Of a stretch of DNA of 64,000 bases, positions 26,835 through 36,720 are shown one piece after another. Source of the DNA: Oscillibacter sp. (GTDB taxonomy: Bacteria > Bacillota > Clostridia > Oscillospirales > Oscillospiraceae); assembly GCA_022795445.1 (NCBI GenBank), contig JAAWGR010000006.1, positions 4,425-68,424 on the forward strand, read 5' to 3'. How positions within the stretch are numbered: position 1 is the first letter of the stretch; each line of letters opens with the position of its first letter. The notes under the pieces were generated by a model. That model did not search any database, was not told the DNA's origin, and worked only from the letters and a program-made list of their open reading frames with translations. The translations under genes and the position numbers were made by a program.

Positions 26835-29800
26835 ATGTCCTTTGTTCATTTGCATGTTCACACGGAGTACAGCCTGCTGGACGGCGCGTGCCGCATCCGA
26901 GATTTACCGAAAATTGTAAAGGAAATGGGGCAGACGGCCTGTGCCATCACAGACCATGGGGTGATGTATGGCGCAGTGGATTTTTACCGTGCTTGTAAGG
27001 CAGAAGGCATTAAGCCGGTAATTGGCTGCGAGGTGTATGTAACACCGCCGGACCGGTCCCATTTTGATAAAGTGCATGAGTTTGACGCGGAGAGCCGCCA
27101 TTTGGTGCTGCTGTGCGAAAATGAGGAGGGGTATCGTAACCTCTCCTATCTGGTTTCCATGGGATGGACGGAAGGCTTTTACATCAAGCCCCGTATCGAT
27201 ATACGGCTTTTGCGGGCGCACAGCGGCGGGCTGATTGCGCTGTCAGCGTGCTTGGCAGGGGAAATTCCCCGCCGACTACGAAACGGTGAATATGAGAATG
27301 CCAAGAGCTATGCCTTGGAGCTGGCGGAAATCTTCGGTCCAGAGCATTTTTATTTGGAACTGCAAAATCATGGGATTCCAGACCAGGCGCTGGTAAACCA
27401 AGGCTTGATGCGCATTCACCAGGACACGGGGCTGCCGATGGTGTGTACCAATGACGCACACTATCTCCGGAAAGAAGACGCCGAAGCCCACGACGTTTTG
27501 CTGTGCATCCAGACCGGCAAAACCTTGGATGACGAGCACCGGATGCGTTATGAGCCGCGGAATTTTTACCTCCGCAGCGAGACGGAAATGGCAGAGCTGT
27601 TCCAAGACTTTGAGGGTGCGTTGGAGAACACTGGGAAAATTGCAGAAATGTGCAATTTGGAGTTTACTTTTGGCAAGTATCACTTGCCGGAATTCCAGCT
27701 TCCACCAGGTTATAACAGCGTTTCTTACCTGAAAAAGCTGTGTGACGAGGGCTATCAGGAACGCTATGGTGACGATGAGGCGAATCGGGAACAGCTGCAT
27801 TACGAACAGGATATGATCGAGAAAATGGGCTTCACAGATTATTTCCTCATTGTTTCTGATTTTGTGCGCTATGCCCGGAGCGTCGGAATTCCTGTAGGAC
27901 CAGGTCGCGGCAGTGCGGCGGGTTCGATGGTCAGCTATTGTCTCCATATTACAGACATTGATCCAATCAAGTATGGTTTGTACTTTGAGCGATTCCTGAA
28001 CCCGGAGCGGGTGAGTATGCCGGATATTGACATGGACTTTGCCGATACCCGCCGGGGCGAGGTGATTGAGTATGTTCGACGAAAGTATGGCGACGACCGT
28101 GTTGCCCAAATCGTGACCTTCGGCACAATGGCTGCCCGAGCGGTCATCCGGGACGTAGGCCGCGTAATGAATCTGCCCTACGCAGAGGTGGATCAAATTG
28201 CAAAGCAAGTTCCCAACCAGCCAGGTCAGCACATTACTTTGAATGACGCGCTCCGGCTGTCTAAATCTCTCAAGGAGATGTACGACAGTAATCCAACAGT
28301 TCAAAGGCTCATCAATACCGCGCAAAGTTTGGAAGGCATGCCGCGCAACGCTTCTACCCATGCGGCCGGCGTAGTGATCACGAAGAAGCCGGTCTACGAG
28401 TATGTGCCGCTGGCAAAGAATGATGATGTGGTGGTCTGCCAATACGTTATGACGACGCTGGAAGAGCTGGGCTTGTTGAAGATGGACTTCCTGGCCTTAC
28501 GGAACCTGACGGTTTTGGACGATGCTGTGAAGCTGCTGCAACAGAGCCGCCCCGACTTCCGTTTGTCGGACATTCCCGACGACGACCCAGAGACCTATGA
28601 AATGTTGTCTGCCGGAAAAACCTCCGGCGTGTTCCAGATGGAGTCTACCGGTATGACCGGCGTTTGTGTGGGCCTGAAACCGCGAAATATTGAGGATATC
28701 ACAGCAATTATTGCATTGTACCGTCCAGGACCAATGGATTCGATTCCTCAGTTTTTGGAATGTGCGCGTAACCCGGAAAAGGTAAAGTACGACCATCCCC
28801 GACTGGAGCCGATTCTATCCAATACCTATGGGTGTATTGTTTACCAGGAACAGGTCATAAAAATTTTCCAGGAGTTAGCGGGCTATTCCTTGGGGCAGGC
28901 GGACATGGTACGGCGCGCCATGAGCAAGAAAAAGGTCAAGGATCTGGAAAAAGAGCGGGAAGCGTTTCTGCACGGCGATGAGAAGCGGGATATTGCAGGC
29001 TGTGCAGCCCGGGGGATTCCGGAAAAAACTGCCCAGTTGATTTATGATAAGATTTATGATTTTGCAGAGTACGCCTTTAACAAAGCTCATGCCGTCAGCT
29101 ACGCAGTAGTCGCGTATCAGACTGCCTATTTCAAATGCCATTTTACGAGGGAATACATGGCGGCGTTGCTGACCAGTGTGTTGGACAATTCAGATAAGGT
29201 TGCAGGATATATCAACGAGTGTAAGGAGTGCGGGATTGCGCTTCTACCGCCAGATATCAACGCTTCTGCTGACCGCTTTACAGTGGAAGAAAGCGGCATT
29301 CGGTTTGGCTTAGTGGCGATCAAGAGCATTGGCCGAGGCTTTATTAAAGCGGTTATGAAGGAGCGGAGAGAAAACGGCCTGTTTGCATCGCTGCATGATT
29401 TTTGCCGCAGGATGACCGGGAGCGAAATGAACAAGCGGGCGGTGGAGAATCTGGTCCGTTCCGGCGCGTTTGATTCGACTGGCGCGAGGCGTTCCCAGCT
29501 TTTGAAGGTTTTTGAGGGCATTTTAGATTCAGCAGCAGCACGTCAGCGGCAGAATTTAGAGGGGCAGATTGATTTTTTCAATATGGGACAGGCATCGCAG
29601 GCGGAGGAGGTTTCTTTACCGGATATTCCGGAGTTTACGCCGCAGGAGCGCATGACCATGGAGAAAGCAACGACTGGTCTCTATCTCTCTGGGCATCCGA
29701 TGGATGCGTATCGGGATATCGTTCGGCGATTAAAGGTTCCAGCGATTGGAAAGATTTTAGCGGATTTTTCGCAGGAGGGCGGCCCGACGCGTTTTCAGGA

Positions 29801-30317
29801 TGGACAGTATGTGAGCATAGCAGGTGTGATTACGTCCAGCAAAACAAAGACAACAAAGAATAATACGTTGATGGCGTATGTGGTAGTAGAGGATGAGACT
29901 GGATCAATAGAGCTTCTATGCTTCAGCAAGGTTTTGGATGTATGCGGGGCATATTTGCGGGAGAATGAAGCGGTGATTGTGAAGGGAAAGCTGTCGGTGC
30001 GGGATGAGAAAGCGCCGCAGATGATGTGCGATTCTGCGTATCCGCTGTCGACGGCGGAGGCAATTCCTCAACCGAAGCCGGCGGTGAAAGAGGATAAGGT
30101 ACTGCAAGGGGAAACGTTGTATTTGAAATTTCCGAGTATAGAAGACAAATCTGTGCGGCACATGAAGTTAGTGTTTTCGATGTTTCCGGGGAATACACAG
30201 GTAAAAATGGTAATGGCGGATACACGCAAGGTGTATGGGACACATGCGATGCTGCACAGGGCGTTGATTGCGGAAGCGAAAGAAGTTTTAGGCGAAGAAA
30301 ACGTAGTAATTAAGTAG
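26835..30317 (+). CDS. dnaE: DNA polymerase III alpha subunit (DnaE type)
   Basis: PHP domain FVHLHVHTEYSLLDG, polymerase core (PDIDMDF, GLLKMDFLALRNL) and a C-terminal OB fold. ATG 26835 is preceded by AAGGGGGAGG. Confidence 0.95.
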   Translation: MSFVHLHVHTEYSLLDGACRIRDLPKIVKEMGQTACAITDHGVMYGAVDFYRACKAEGIKPVIGCEVYVTPPDRSHFDKVHEFDAESRHLVLLCENEEGYRNLSYLVSMGWTEGFYIKPRIDIRLLRAHSGGLIALSACLAGEIPRRLRNGEYENAKSYALELAEIFGPEHFYLELQNHGIPDQALVNQGLMRIHQDTGLPMVCTNDAHYLRKEDAEAHDVLLCIQTGKTLDDEHRMRYEPRNFYLRSETEMAELFQDFEGALENTGKIAEMCNLEFTFGKYHLPEFQLPPGYNSVSYLKKLCDEGYQERYGDDEANREQLHYEQDMIEKMGFTDYFLIVSDFVRYARSVGIPVGPGRGSAAGSMVSYCLHITDIDPIKYGLYFERFLNPERVSMPDIDMDFADTRRGEVIEYVRRKYGDDRVAQIVTFGTMAARAVIRDVGRVMNLPYAEVDQIAKQVPNQPGQHITLNDALRLSKSLKEMYDSNPTVQRLINTAQSLEGMPRNASTHAAGVVITKKPVYEYVPLAKNDDVVVCQYVMTTLEELGLLKMDFLALRNLTVLDDAVKLLQQSRPDFRLSDIPDDDPETYEMLSAGKTSGVFQMESTGMTGVCVGLKPRNIEDITAIIALYRPGPMDSIPQFLECARNPEKVKYDHPRLEPILSNTYGCIVYQEQVIKIFQELAGYSLGQADMVRRAMSKKKVKDLEKEREAFLHGDEKRDIAGCAARGIPEKTAQLIYDKIYDFAEYAFNKAHAVSYAVVAYQTAYFKCHFTREYMAALLTSVLDNSDKVAGYINECKECGIALLPPDINASADRFTVEESGIRFGLVAIKSIGRGFIKAVMKERRENGLFASLHDFCRRMTGSEMNKRAVENLVRSGAFDSTGARRSQLLKVFEGILDSAAARQRQNLEGQIDFFNMGQASQAEEVSLPDIPEFTPQERMTMEKATTGLYLSGHPMDAYRDIVRRLKVPAIGKILADFSQEGGPTRFQDGQYVSIAGVITSSKTKTTKNNTLMAYVVVEDETGSIELLCFSKVLDVCGAYLRENEAVIVKGKLSVRDEKAPQMMCDSAYPLSTAEAIPQPKPAVKEDKVLQGETLYLKFPSIEDKSVRHMKLVFSMFPGNTQVKMVMADTRKVYGTHAMLHRALIAEAKEVLGEENVVIK

Positions 30318-30350
30318 TAAACTCTAGCAAAAGGATTTGTCACAATAAAA

Positions 30351-30383
30351 CAGCGTCTACCGTCAGAAAAACGGTAGACGCTG
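30351..30383 (+). terminator. Rho-independent terminator after dnaE
   Basis: 12-bp stem CAGCGTCTACCG ... CGGTAGACGCTG followed by CTTTCTT. Confidence 0.7.
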
Positions 30384-30397
30384 CTTTCTTCCATCAT

Positions 30398-30579
30398 CCA
30401 CCGCAGCAGCGACAGCGAAAATAGACGCAGAGTCAAATCAGTGTGGTCTTCTCGTGTAAAGGAGCAGGTACCAGAGGATTCCACCGGTCTAAAATAAAAA
30501 CGATCTTTTCTTTTGGACCGTGAACGGCCCGTTTTTTCTCTCGCGAGAGAAAAGAAAATGGGGGGTCAAAAGCCCAGCT
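30398..30579. repeat. Conserved intergenic element, copy B (first copy at 19909-20059)
   Basis: Has the same two conserved blocks as copy A, with about 31 extra nt between them. The hairpin is retained with changed stem length (TTTCTCTC-GC-GAGAGAAA). Confidence 0.7.
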
Positions 30580-30763
30580 GCCATGATGGCAGCAGACCAT
30601 CCTTCTGCGCCGCAAGGCGCGCTGGCTGCTTGGGAAAACGGACAAATTTTCAAACATTTTGAAACAAAAGGATAAAAAGCACCTGCCAAGGTTGACGAAT
30701 GGATGTTGTTGGCGTTATAATAATTTAATTTGGTATCCTATGCTGGAAAATGGAGGAAAGAGA

Positions 30764-31627
30764 ATGTGGATTGCTGATCAGTGGCGGGATTATGAGCTCC
30801 TCGACTGCGGCCGCGGCGAGCGCCTCGAACGCTGGGAGAAACAGTACCTCGTCCGCCCCGACCCCCAGGCCATCTGGGAAACTCCACGCAAAAATCCTGC
30901 CTGGAAACGTGCCGACGCCCGTTACCTCCGCTCTCACAGCGGCGGCGGTCACTGGGAAAAGAATACCCTCCCCCAAAGCTGGAAAGTGCACTACGGCGAT
31001 TTGACCTTCCAAGTCAAGCCCATGAACTTCAAACATACCGGCCTGTTCCCGGAGCAAGCTGTCAACTGGGACTTCATGGCGGAGAAAATCCGGAACGCTG
31101 GACGCCCTGTCCGCGTATTGAACCTCTTTGCTTACACTGGCGGCGCAACAGTCGCTTGTGCGAAAGCTGGATCCAGCGTCTGCCACGTTGATGCTGCCAA
31201 AGGTATGGTCGCTTGGGCGCGGGAAAACGCCAGACTCTCCGGTCTCGAAGACGCACCCATCCGGTGGATTGTCGACGACTGTGCCAAATTCGTAGAACGG
31301 GAAATTCGCCGCAGGCGGACCTATGACGCCATCGTTATGGACCCGCCCAGCTATGGACGCGGACCAGGCGGCGAAGTTTGGAAGCTGGAGGAAAATCTTT
31401 ATCCCTTCATCAAGCTCTGCGCCGGGGTACTGTCAGATAAGCCCCTTTTTGTGCTGATCAACTCCTACACCACTGGCCTTGCCCCCTCTGTTTTGGGTTA
31501 CCTCTTAAACTTGCTGGTTGCCGGAAAATATGGCGGAACGTGTACCTGGGACGAGCTTGGACTTCCCGTCACAGAAACCGGCCTTGCTTTGCCCTGTGGG
31601 GCAACTGGACGCTGGTTTGTCAGCTAA
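30764..31627 (+). CDS. Class I SAM-dependent methyltransferase (RNA methyltransferase-like)
   Basis: SAM-binding motif VLNLFAYTGGATVA and catalytic-type IVMDPPSYG. ATG 30764 is preceded by GGAGGAAAGAGA; the longer ORF start at 30659 runs into the repeat element. Confidence 0.75.
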   Translation: MWIADQWRDYELLDCGRGERLERWEKQYLVRPDPQAIWETPRKNPAWKRADARYLRSHSGGGHWEKNTLPQSWKVHYGDLTFQVKPMNFKHTGLFPEQAVNWDFMAEKIRNAGRPVRVLNLFAYTGGATVACAKAGSSVCHVDAAKGMVAWARENARLSGLEDAPIRWIVDDCAKFVEREIRRRRTYDAIVMDPPSYGRGPGGEVWKLEENLYPFIKLCAGVLSDKPLFVLINSYTTGLAPSVLGYLLNLLVAGKYGGTCTWDELGLPVTETGLALPCGATGRWFVS

Positions 31628-31703
31628 AGTGGGGTATGCTGTTTGCATTGGCGGCCTTTGCGGATTCTAAGAAATTCCATGTATATGGAAAAGAGGAAAG
31701 ACT

Positions 31704-32567
31704 ATGAGCGAGATGATTCAAACAGAAAACCTCCGTTTTTCATATCCGGTAGAGGAGGGTGCAGCGCCCGTCTATGCGCTCCAAGGCGTTGACCTTGCCA
31801 TCAAGAAGGGAAGCTTTGTCGTAGTCCTGGGCCATAACGGTTCCGGCAAATCCACCCTTGCCAAGACCTTTAACGCTGTGCTGCTCCCAACAGAGGGGGT
31901 TGTGTATGTAGAGGGCCTGGACACCCGCGACGAAAACCAACTGCTGTCGATCCGTCAGCGGGTGGGCATGGTGTTCCAGAATCCAGATAACCAGATTGTT
32001 GCAAATGTGGTAGAGGAGGATGTCGCCTTTGCGCCGGAGAACTTAGGCGTTCCTACAGAAGAAATCCGCCAGCGGGTGGACAATGCGCTCAAGGCGGTAG
32101 GAATGGAGGAATTTGTCACCCATGCGCCGCACCTGCTCTCCGGTGGGCAGAAGCAACGCATCGCGATTGCGGGTGTCGTTGCCATGGAGCCGGAGTGTAT
32201 CGTTTTGGACGAAGCGACTGCTATGCTGGACCCCATTGGACGGCGGGAAGTTCTTTCTACCGTTCACCGTCTGAACCAGGAAAAAGGCGTCACGGTGGTG
32301 TTGATCACCCATCATATGAACGAGGCAGAGGACGCTGACCGGGTAATCGTCATGTCTGACGGCCGTGCTGTTATGGATGGGACACCGAAAGAGGTTTTTA
32401 CGCAGGTTGCCTCTTTGCGGTCGATGGGTCTGACCGTACCGGACACCATAGACCTTTTGGACCGCCTGCAAAAGGACGGGGTGGAGGTTCCGTTGGATGC
32501 TCTGAGCGTTGAGGAGTGCGCCGACGCCATTGCAGGCGCTTTCGATAAAATTAGCCAGGAGGGATGA
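31704..32567 (+). CDS. ecfA1: ECF transporter ATPase EcfA1
   Basis: Walker A GHNGSGKST, signature LSGGQKQR, Walker B IVLDEATAMLD. Confidence 0.9.
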   Translation: MSEMIQTENLRFSYPVEEGAAPVYALQGVDLAIKKGSFVVVLGHNGSGKSTLAKTFNAVLLPTEGVVYVEGLDTRDENQLLSIRQRVGMVFQNPDNQIVANVVEEDVAFAPENLGVPTEEIRQRVDNALKAVGMEEFVTHAPHLLSGGQKQRIAIAGVVAMEPECIVLDEATAMLDPIGRREVLSTVHRLNQEKGVTVVLITHHMNEAEDADRVIVMSDGRAVMDGTPKEVFTQVASLRSMGLTVPDTIDLLDRLQKDGVEVPLDALSVEECADAIAGAFDKISQEG

Positions 32568-33433
32568 CCGTGCCGATTCTGCAAGTAAAAAATCTGACCC
32601 ACACATACGGCGTGGGAACGCCCTTCCAGCGCAGCGCAGTGGAGGATGTAAGTTTTGAGGTGCACACAGGAGAATTCCTGGGAATCATTGGCCACACAGG
32701 TTCTGGGAAATCCACTCTTATTCAGCATCTAAATGGTCTGCTGAAACCGACAAGCGGTCAAATCTTGCTGAATGGGCAGGACATATGGGCAGAACCGAAA
32801 AAAATACGAAGGGTGCGGTTTCAGGTGGGATTGGTGTTTCAATACCCTGAATACCAGTTGTTTGAAGAAACCGTATATAAGGATATCTCCTTTGGCCCTG
32901 CGAATATGGGCAAGACTGGCAGTGACCTCGACCGCTGTGTCCGGGAGGCGGCACGATTGGTTGGCATCCAGGACGACCAGCTGGATAAATCGCCGTTTGA
33001 GTTATCCGGTGGGCAGAAACGCCGGGTAGCTTTGGCAGGCGTACTGGCGATGGAGCCCCAGGTGCTGATTTTGGACGAGCCTACGGCTGGCTTGGACCCA
33101 GCGGGCCGGGAAAACCTGATGGCTAATATCCGGGACTACCACCGCAACAAAGGAACAACGATCTTGCTGGTAAGCCACAGCATGGATGAGATTGCCCAGA
33201 ATGTCGACCGCATCATGGTTTTGAAATCTGCCCATGTGCTGATGGACGGTACGCCGCCGGAAATTTTTGCCCGTGCGGAGGAACTGCTCAGCGCCGGGCT
33301 GGACGTTCCCCAAGTAACACGGATTGCTATGGCCCTGCGGGCGCGGGGGCTTGCCATCAATCCTGCTGTTTACACAGCGGAAGCGCTGGAGCGGGAAATC
33401 CTCACCCTGCGAAAGGGGGGCGCTTCATGCTGA
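32564..33433 (+). CDS. ecfA2: ECF transporter ATPase EcfA2
   Basis: Walker A GHTGSGKST, signature LSGGQKRR, Walker B LILDEPTAGLD. It overlaps ecfA1 by 4 nt. Confidence 0.9.
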   Translation: MTVPILQVKNLTHTYGVGTPFQRSAVEDVSFEVHTGEFLGIIGHTGSGKSTLIQHLNGLLKPTSGQILLNGQDIWAEPKKIRRVRFQVGLVFQYPEYQLFEETVYKDISFGPANMGKTGSDLDRCVREAARLVGIQDDQLDKSPFELSGGQKRRVALAGVLAMEPQVLILDEPTAGLDPAGRENLMANIRDYHRNKGTTILLVSHSMDEIAQNVDRIMVLKSAHVLMDGTPPEIFARAEELLSAGLDVPQVTRIAMALRARGLAINPAVYTAEALEREILTLRKGGASC

Positions 33434-34233
33434 AGGATATCACCCTTGGGCAGTATTTCCCAGGAAATACTGCGGCCCATAAGCTGGATCCCCGGACAAA
33501 AATTCTGCTGGTCGTTTTATACATTGCGGCACTGTTTACCGCGAAAAGCATTCTTGCATACGGCCTCTTAGCGGTGACGCTGGCAGTGTGCGTTCGTGTG
33601 TCAAAGGTGGGACTGAAAGCTTTGGTACGGGGCTTAAAACCAGTTCTGTTCATCATCGTTTTCACGGGTGTCCTGAACCTCTTTTTTACCCCTGGTGAGG
33701 AATACCTCTGGGCCTGGGGACCATTCCACATGACGGAGGCAGGCTTGCGGAACGCTGTTTTTATGGTTCTTCGGATTATGTTGCTGATCATGGGCACATT
33801 CCTCATGACCTACACCACCAGCCCCATCAGCCTCACCGATGGTCTGGAACGTTTACTGAATGGGCTGAAACGCTTTCGTGTGCCAATTCATGAGCTGGTA
33901 ATGATTATGTCGATTGCCCTGCGGTTCATCCCAACACTGATCGAGGAAACAGATAAAATTATGTCGGCGCAAAAAGCCCGGGGCGCGGATTTTGAGAGTG
34001 GGAACATCGTCCAGCGGGCCAAAGCCATGATCCCGATCCTGGTGCCGCTGTTCATCAGCGCCTTCCGCCGGGCTGACGAGCTGGCGACAGCTATGGAATG
34101 CCGGTGTTACCATGGCGGCGAGGGCCGGACGAAGCTCCATGTGCTGCATTATGCACGGCGGGATTATATCGCGCTGTTTTTCGGGTGTCTCATTTTGGCT
34201 AGCGTGATGGTTCTGCGGTTCATGGGATTTTAA
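33427..34233 (+). CDS. ecfT: ECF transporter transmembrane component EcfT
   Basis: 268-aa polytopic protein with the conserved coupling helices (SIALRFIPTL...AQKARGADF). Confidence 0.9.
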   Translation: MLKDITLGQYFPGNTAAHKLDPRTKILLVVLYIAALFTAKSILAYGLLAVTLAVCVRVSKVGLKALVRGLKPVLFIIVFTGVLNLFFTPGEEYLWAWGPFHMTEAGLRNAVFMVLRIMLLIMGTFLMTYTTSPISLTDGLERLLNGLKRFRVPIHELVMIMSIALRFIPTLIEETDKIMSAQKARGADFESGNIVQRAKAMIPILVPLFISAFRRADELATAMECRCYHGGEGRTKLHVLHYARRDYIALFFGCLILASVMVLRFMGF

Positions 34234-34255
34234 GCGCGAAAGAGAAGGAGGCAGT

Positions 34256-35068
34256 ATGAAACATAAAATCCATAAAGCCGCTGGTTTTGCGCTGTGTGCT
34301 GGACTTTTGACGGCAGCGTTGGATATCCGGCTGAAAGTTGTGGAGTATACCGTCATCTCTGCGAAAGCCACAGCGCCTGTGCGGCTGGCGGTGTTGTCCG
34401 ATCTGCATAACTGCCGTTATGGCGACGGGCAGCAGACGCTTTTGAAAGCCGTTGCAGCACAGTCGCCGGACGCAGTTTTACTGGCAGGCGACATTGTGGA
34501 CGACAAACTTCCGGAAGAAAATGCTTGGATTGTGGTTGAAGCCCTGGCGGCGGTGTATCCCTGTTTTTACGTTACAGGCAACCATGAGTGGTGGTCTGGT
34601 GGAGCGGAGCGTATTTGCTGCCAGATGAAAGCTTACGGTGTAACGGTTCTACGGGGCGAGAGCGTTGCTCTTACGCTCAATGAGCAGCCAATTACCATCT
34701 GCGGCATTGACGACCCAGATTCTGGGCAAAGTCTCAAGCAGCTGGAGCGGGTTGGAGAAACTGTAAAGGGGGATGCCCTTACAGTTTTGATCGCTCACCG
34801 TCCAGAGCGGATAAGCTTTTACCAGCAGTATTCCTTTGATCTAGTCGTCTGCGGCCACGCCCACGGCGGGCAATGGCGAATCCCAGGTCTGCTGAACGGG
34901 CTGTATGCGCCGGGGCAAGGTTTGTTCCCCGACTATGCCGGAGGGCGGTATGATTACGCCGGTGGGACGATGCTGGTGAGCCGGGGCCTTGCCCGGGAGA
35001 GCACCCGCGTTCCACGTATTTTCAACCGTCCGGAGCTGGTGATTGCTAACATTGTGCCAAAGGTTTGA
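34256..35068 (+). CDS. Membrane-anchored metallophosphoesterase (YkuE/YaeI-like)
   Basis: N-terminal TM helix, then the calcineurin-like motifs SDLHN, GDIVDD, GNHE and GHAHGGQ. Confidence 0.85.
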   Translation: MKHKIHKAAGFALCAGLLTAALDIRLKVVEYTVISAKATAPVRLAVLSDLHNCRYGDGQQTLLKAVAAQSPDAVLLAGDIVDDKLPEENAWIVVEALAAVYPCFYVTGNHEWWSGGAERICCQMKAYGVTVLRGESVALTLNEQPITICGIDDPDSGQSLKQLERVGETVKGDALTVLIAHRPERISFYQQYSFDLVVCGHAHGGQWRIPGLLNGLYAPGQGLFPDYAGGRYDYAGGTMLVSRGLARESTRVPRIFNRPELVIANIVPKV

Positions 35069-35087
35069 ATGAGAGGATTGTTGCGAT

Positions 35088-35714
35088 ATGGATTTTTATG
35101 ATCGCCTGCACAGCGGGGAGATTTATGCTCCTTTGGATAATGAGATACTTACAGAGCAGACACAATATTTGGAGTTATTGTATGACTATAACCAGACCCG
35201 TCCCAGTGAGGGGGAGCGGCGTACCTGTCTTCTGCGGGAGATGTTGGCCGAGGTAGGGGAGAACTGCTATATCGAGCCGCCCTTCCATGCCAATTGGGGC
35301 GGCCACCATGTTCATTTTGGCAAATGGGTCTATGCTAATTTCGGCCTCACTTGTGTGGATGACACCCATATTTATGTGGGAGATTATGTCTTGTTTGGCC
35401 CAAACGTTGTACTGGCGACTGCGAACCATCCTTTCCTGCCAGAGCTGCGGAAAAAAGGACTTCAGTACAATCTGCCCATTCATATCGGCGAGGGTTGTTG
35501 GATCGGCGCAGGGGCTGTCGTTGTCCCTGGAGTGACCATCGGCGATTATGCGGTTATCGGTGCAGGCAGTGTCGTGACGAAGGATATTCCGTCGAATGTG
35601 CTGGCGGCGGGAAACCCCTGTCGGGTACTGCGGGAGCTGGATGAACGGGACCGGGAATATTACCATCGAGATCGCAGGATTGACTGGGATGCCCTACTCT
35701 CACTCTCTAAATAA
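35088..35714 (+). CDS. maa: Maltose/galactoside O-acetyltransferase (hexapeptide-repeat)
   Basis: Mac N-terminal domain (LHSGEIYAPLD) followed by hexapeptide repeats (IGEGCWIGAGAVVVPGVTIGDYAVIGAGSVV). Confidence 0.85.
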   Translation: MDFYDRLHSGEIYAPLDNEILTEQTQYLELLYDYNQTRPSEGERRTCLLREMLAEVGENCYIEPPFHANWGGHHVHFGKWVYANFGLTCVDDTHIYVGDYVLFGPNVVLATANHPFLPELRKKGLQYNLPIHIGEGCWIGAGAVVVPGVTIGDYAVIGAGSVVTKDIPSNVLAAGNPCRVLRELDERDREYYHRDRRIDWDALLSLSK

Positions 35715-35874
35715 AAAACATTTACATTTTAGATCGCCTGTAGTAGAATGTAGCTGCAAACCATTAGAACAACTTCAATAAATTGTAATTTCTGCTATTG
35801 AGAGAATCATTATTTGATAACGGCCCATCATGTTGGGCCGGATAATATGGATATAGCAAATAATGGAAAGAATG

Positions 35875-35918
35875 GGGTATCATGTTTCGAAAGTAAAATT
35901 ATATAGAACATGATACCC
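35875..35918. repeat. Perfect 12-bp inverted repeat within an AT-rich intergenic spacer
   Basis: GGGTATCATGTT (35875-35886) and AACATGATACCC (35907-35918), separated by a 20-nt AT-rich loop. Confidence 0.8.
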
Positions 35919-35964
35919 AGCGGCAAACTGCACTTTTTTGCCGGGACAAATGAGGAATTTATCT

Positions 35965-36720
35965 ATGCGCAACATTGCTTTGAAACTAACCTATAACGGA
36001 ACCGCTTATCACGGCTGGCAAGTGCAAAAAAACGCCTCCAGCGTCTGCGAGACGCTGGTGAAGGCCATCAGCAAGGTTTGCGGCGAACCAGTACACCTCA
36101 CCGGCTGCGGCCGGACAGACGCAGGCGTTCACGCAGAGCATTATGTGGCCAACTTCCATACGGAGTCCCGGATTCCAATCGACCGCTTGCCTTTTGCAAT
36201 CAACACCCATACCCCAGAGGACATTGCCGTCCGGGAAGCGGTAGAAGTAGACGATATGTTTAATGCCATCGGTTCCTGCTTGAAAAAGGAATATACCTAT
36301 CGGATTTACAATTCCCGTTTCAAAAACCCCTTTTACGTCAACCGCGCCTATTTCTATCCCAAGCGTTTGGATGAGGTGTTTTTAAATGAGGCTGCACACA
36401 TGTTTGTTGGTACCCACGACTTCCGGGCGGTACGTTCTGTTGGCACGGAAACGAAAAGTACAGTCCGTACAATCTACTGGTGCGATGTGACCCGGAACGG
36501 CGAGTTATTGGAGCTGAAGGTCTGCGCCAATGGATTCCTATATAATATGGTACGGGCAATTACTGGTACGGTGCTGTACGCGGCGGAGGGGAAATTAGCC
36601 CCGGCGGACATTCCGGATATTTTGGAACGAGGCGACCGGACTGCCGCAGGCCCAACCGTTCCTCCAGGAGGGCTGTATTTAACAAGACTTTGGTACGAGG
36701 ATGGAAGGTTGAATGGGTGA
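35965..36720 (+). CDS. truA: tRNA pseudouridine(38-40) synthase TruA
   Basis: MRNIALKLTYNGTAYHGWQ start and catalytic GCGRTDAGVHA. Confidence 0.9.
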   Translation: MRNIALKLTYNGTAYHGWQVQKNASSVCETLVKAISKVCGEPVHLTGCGRTDAGVHAEHYVANFHTESRIPIDRLPFAINTHTPEDIAVREAVEVDDMFNAIGSCLKKEYTYRIYNSRFKNPFYVNRAYFYPKRLDEVFLNEAAHMFVGTHDFRAVRSVGTETKSTVRTIYWCDVTRNGELLELKVCANGFLYNMVRAITGTVLYAAEGKLAPADIPDILERGDRTAAGPTVPPGGLYLTRLWYEDGRLNG

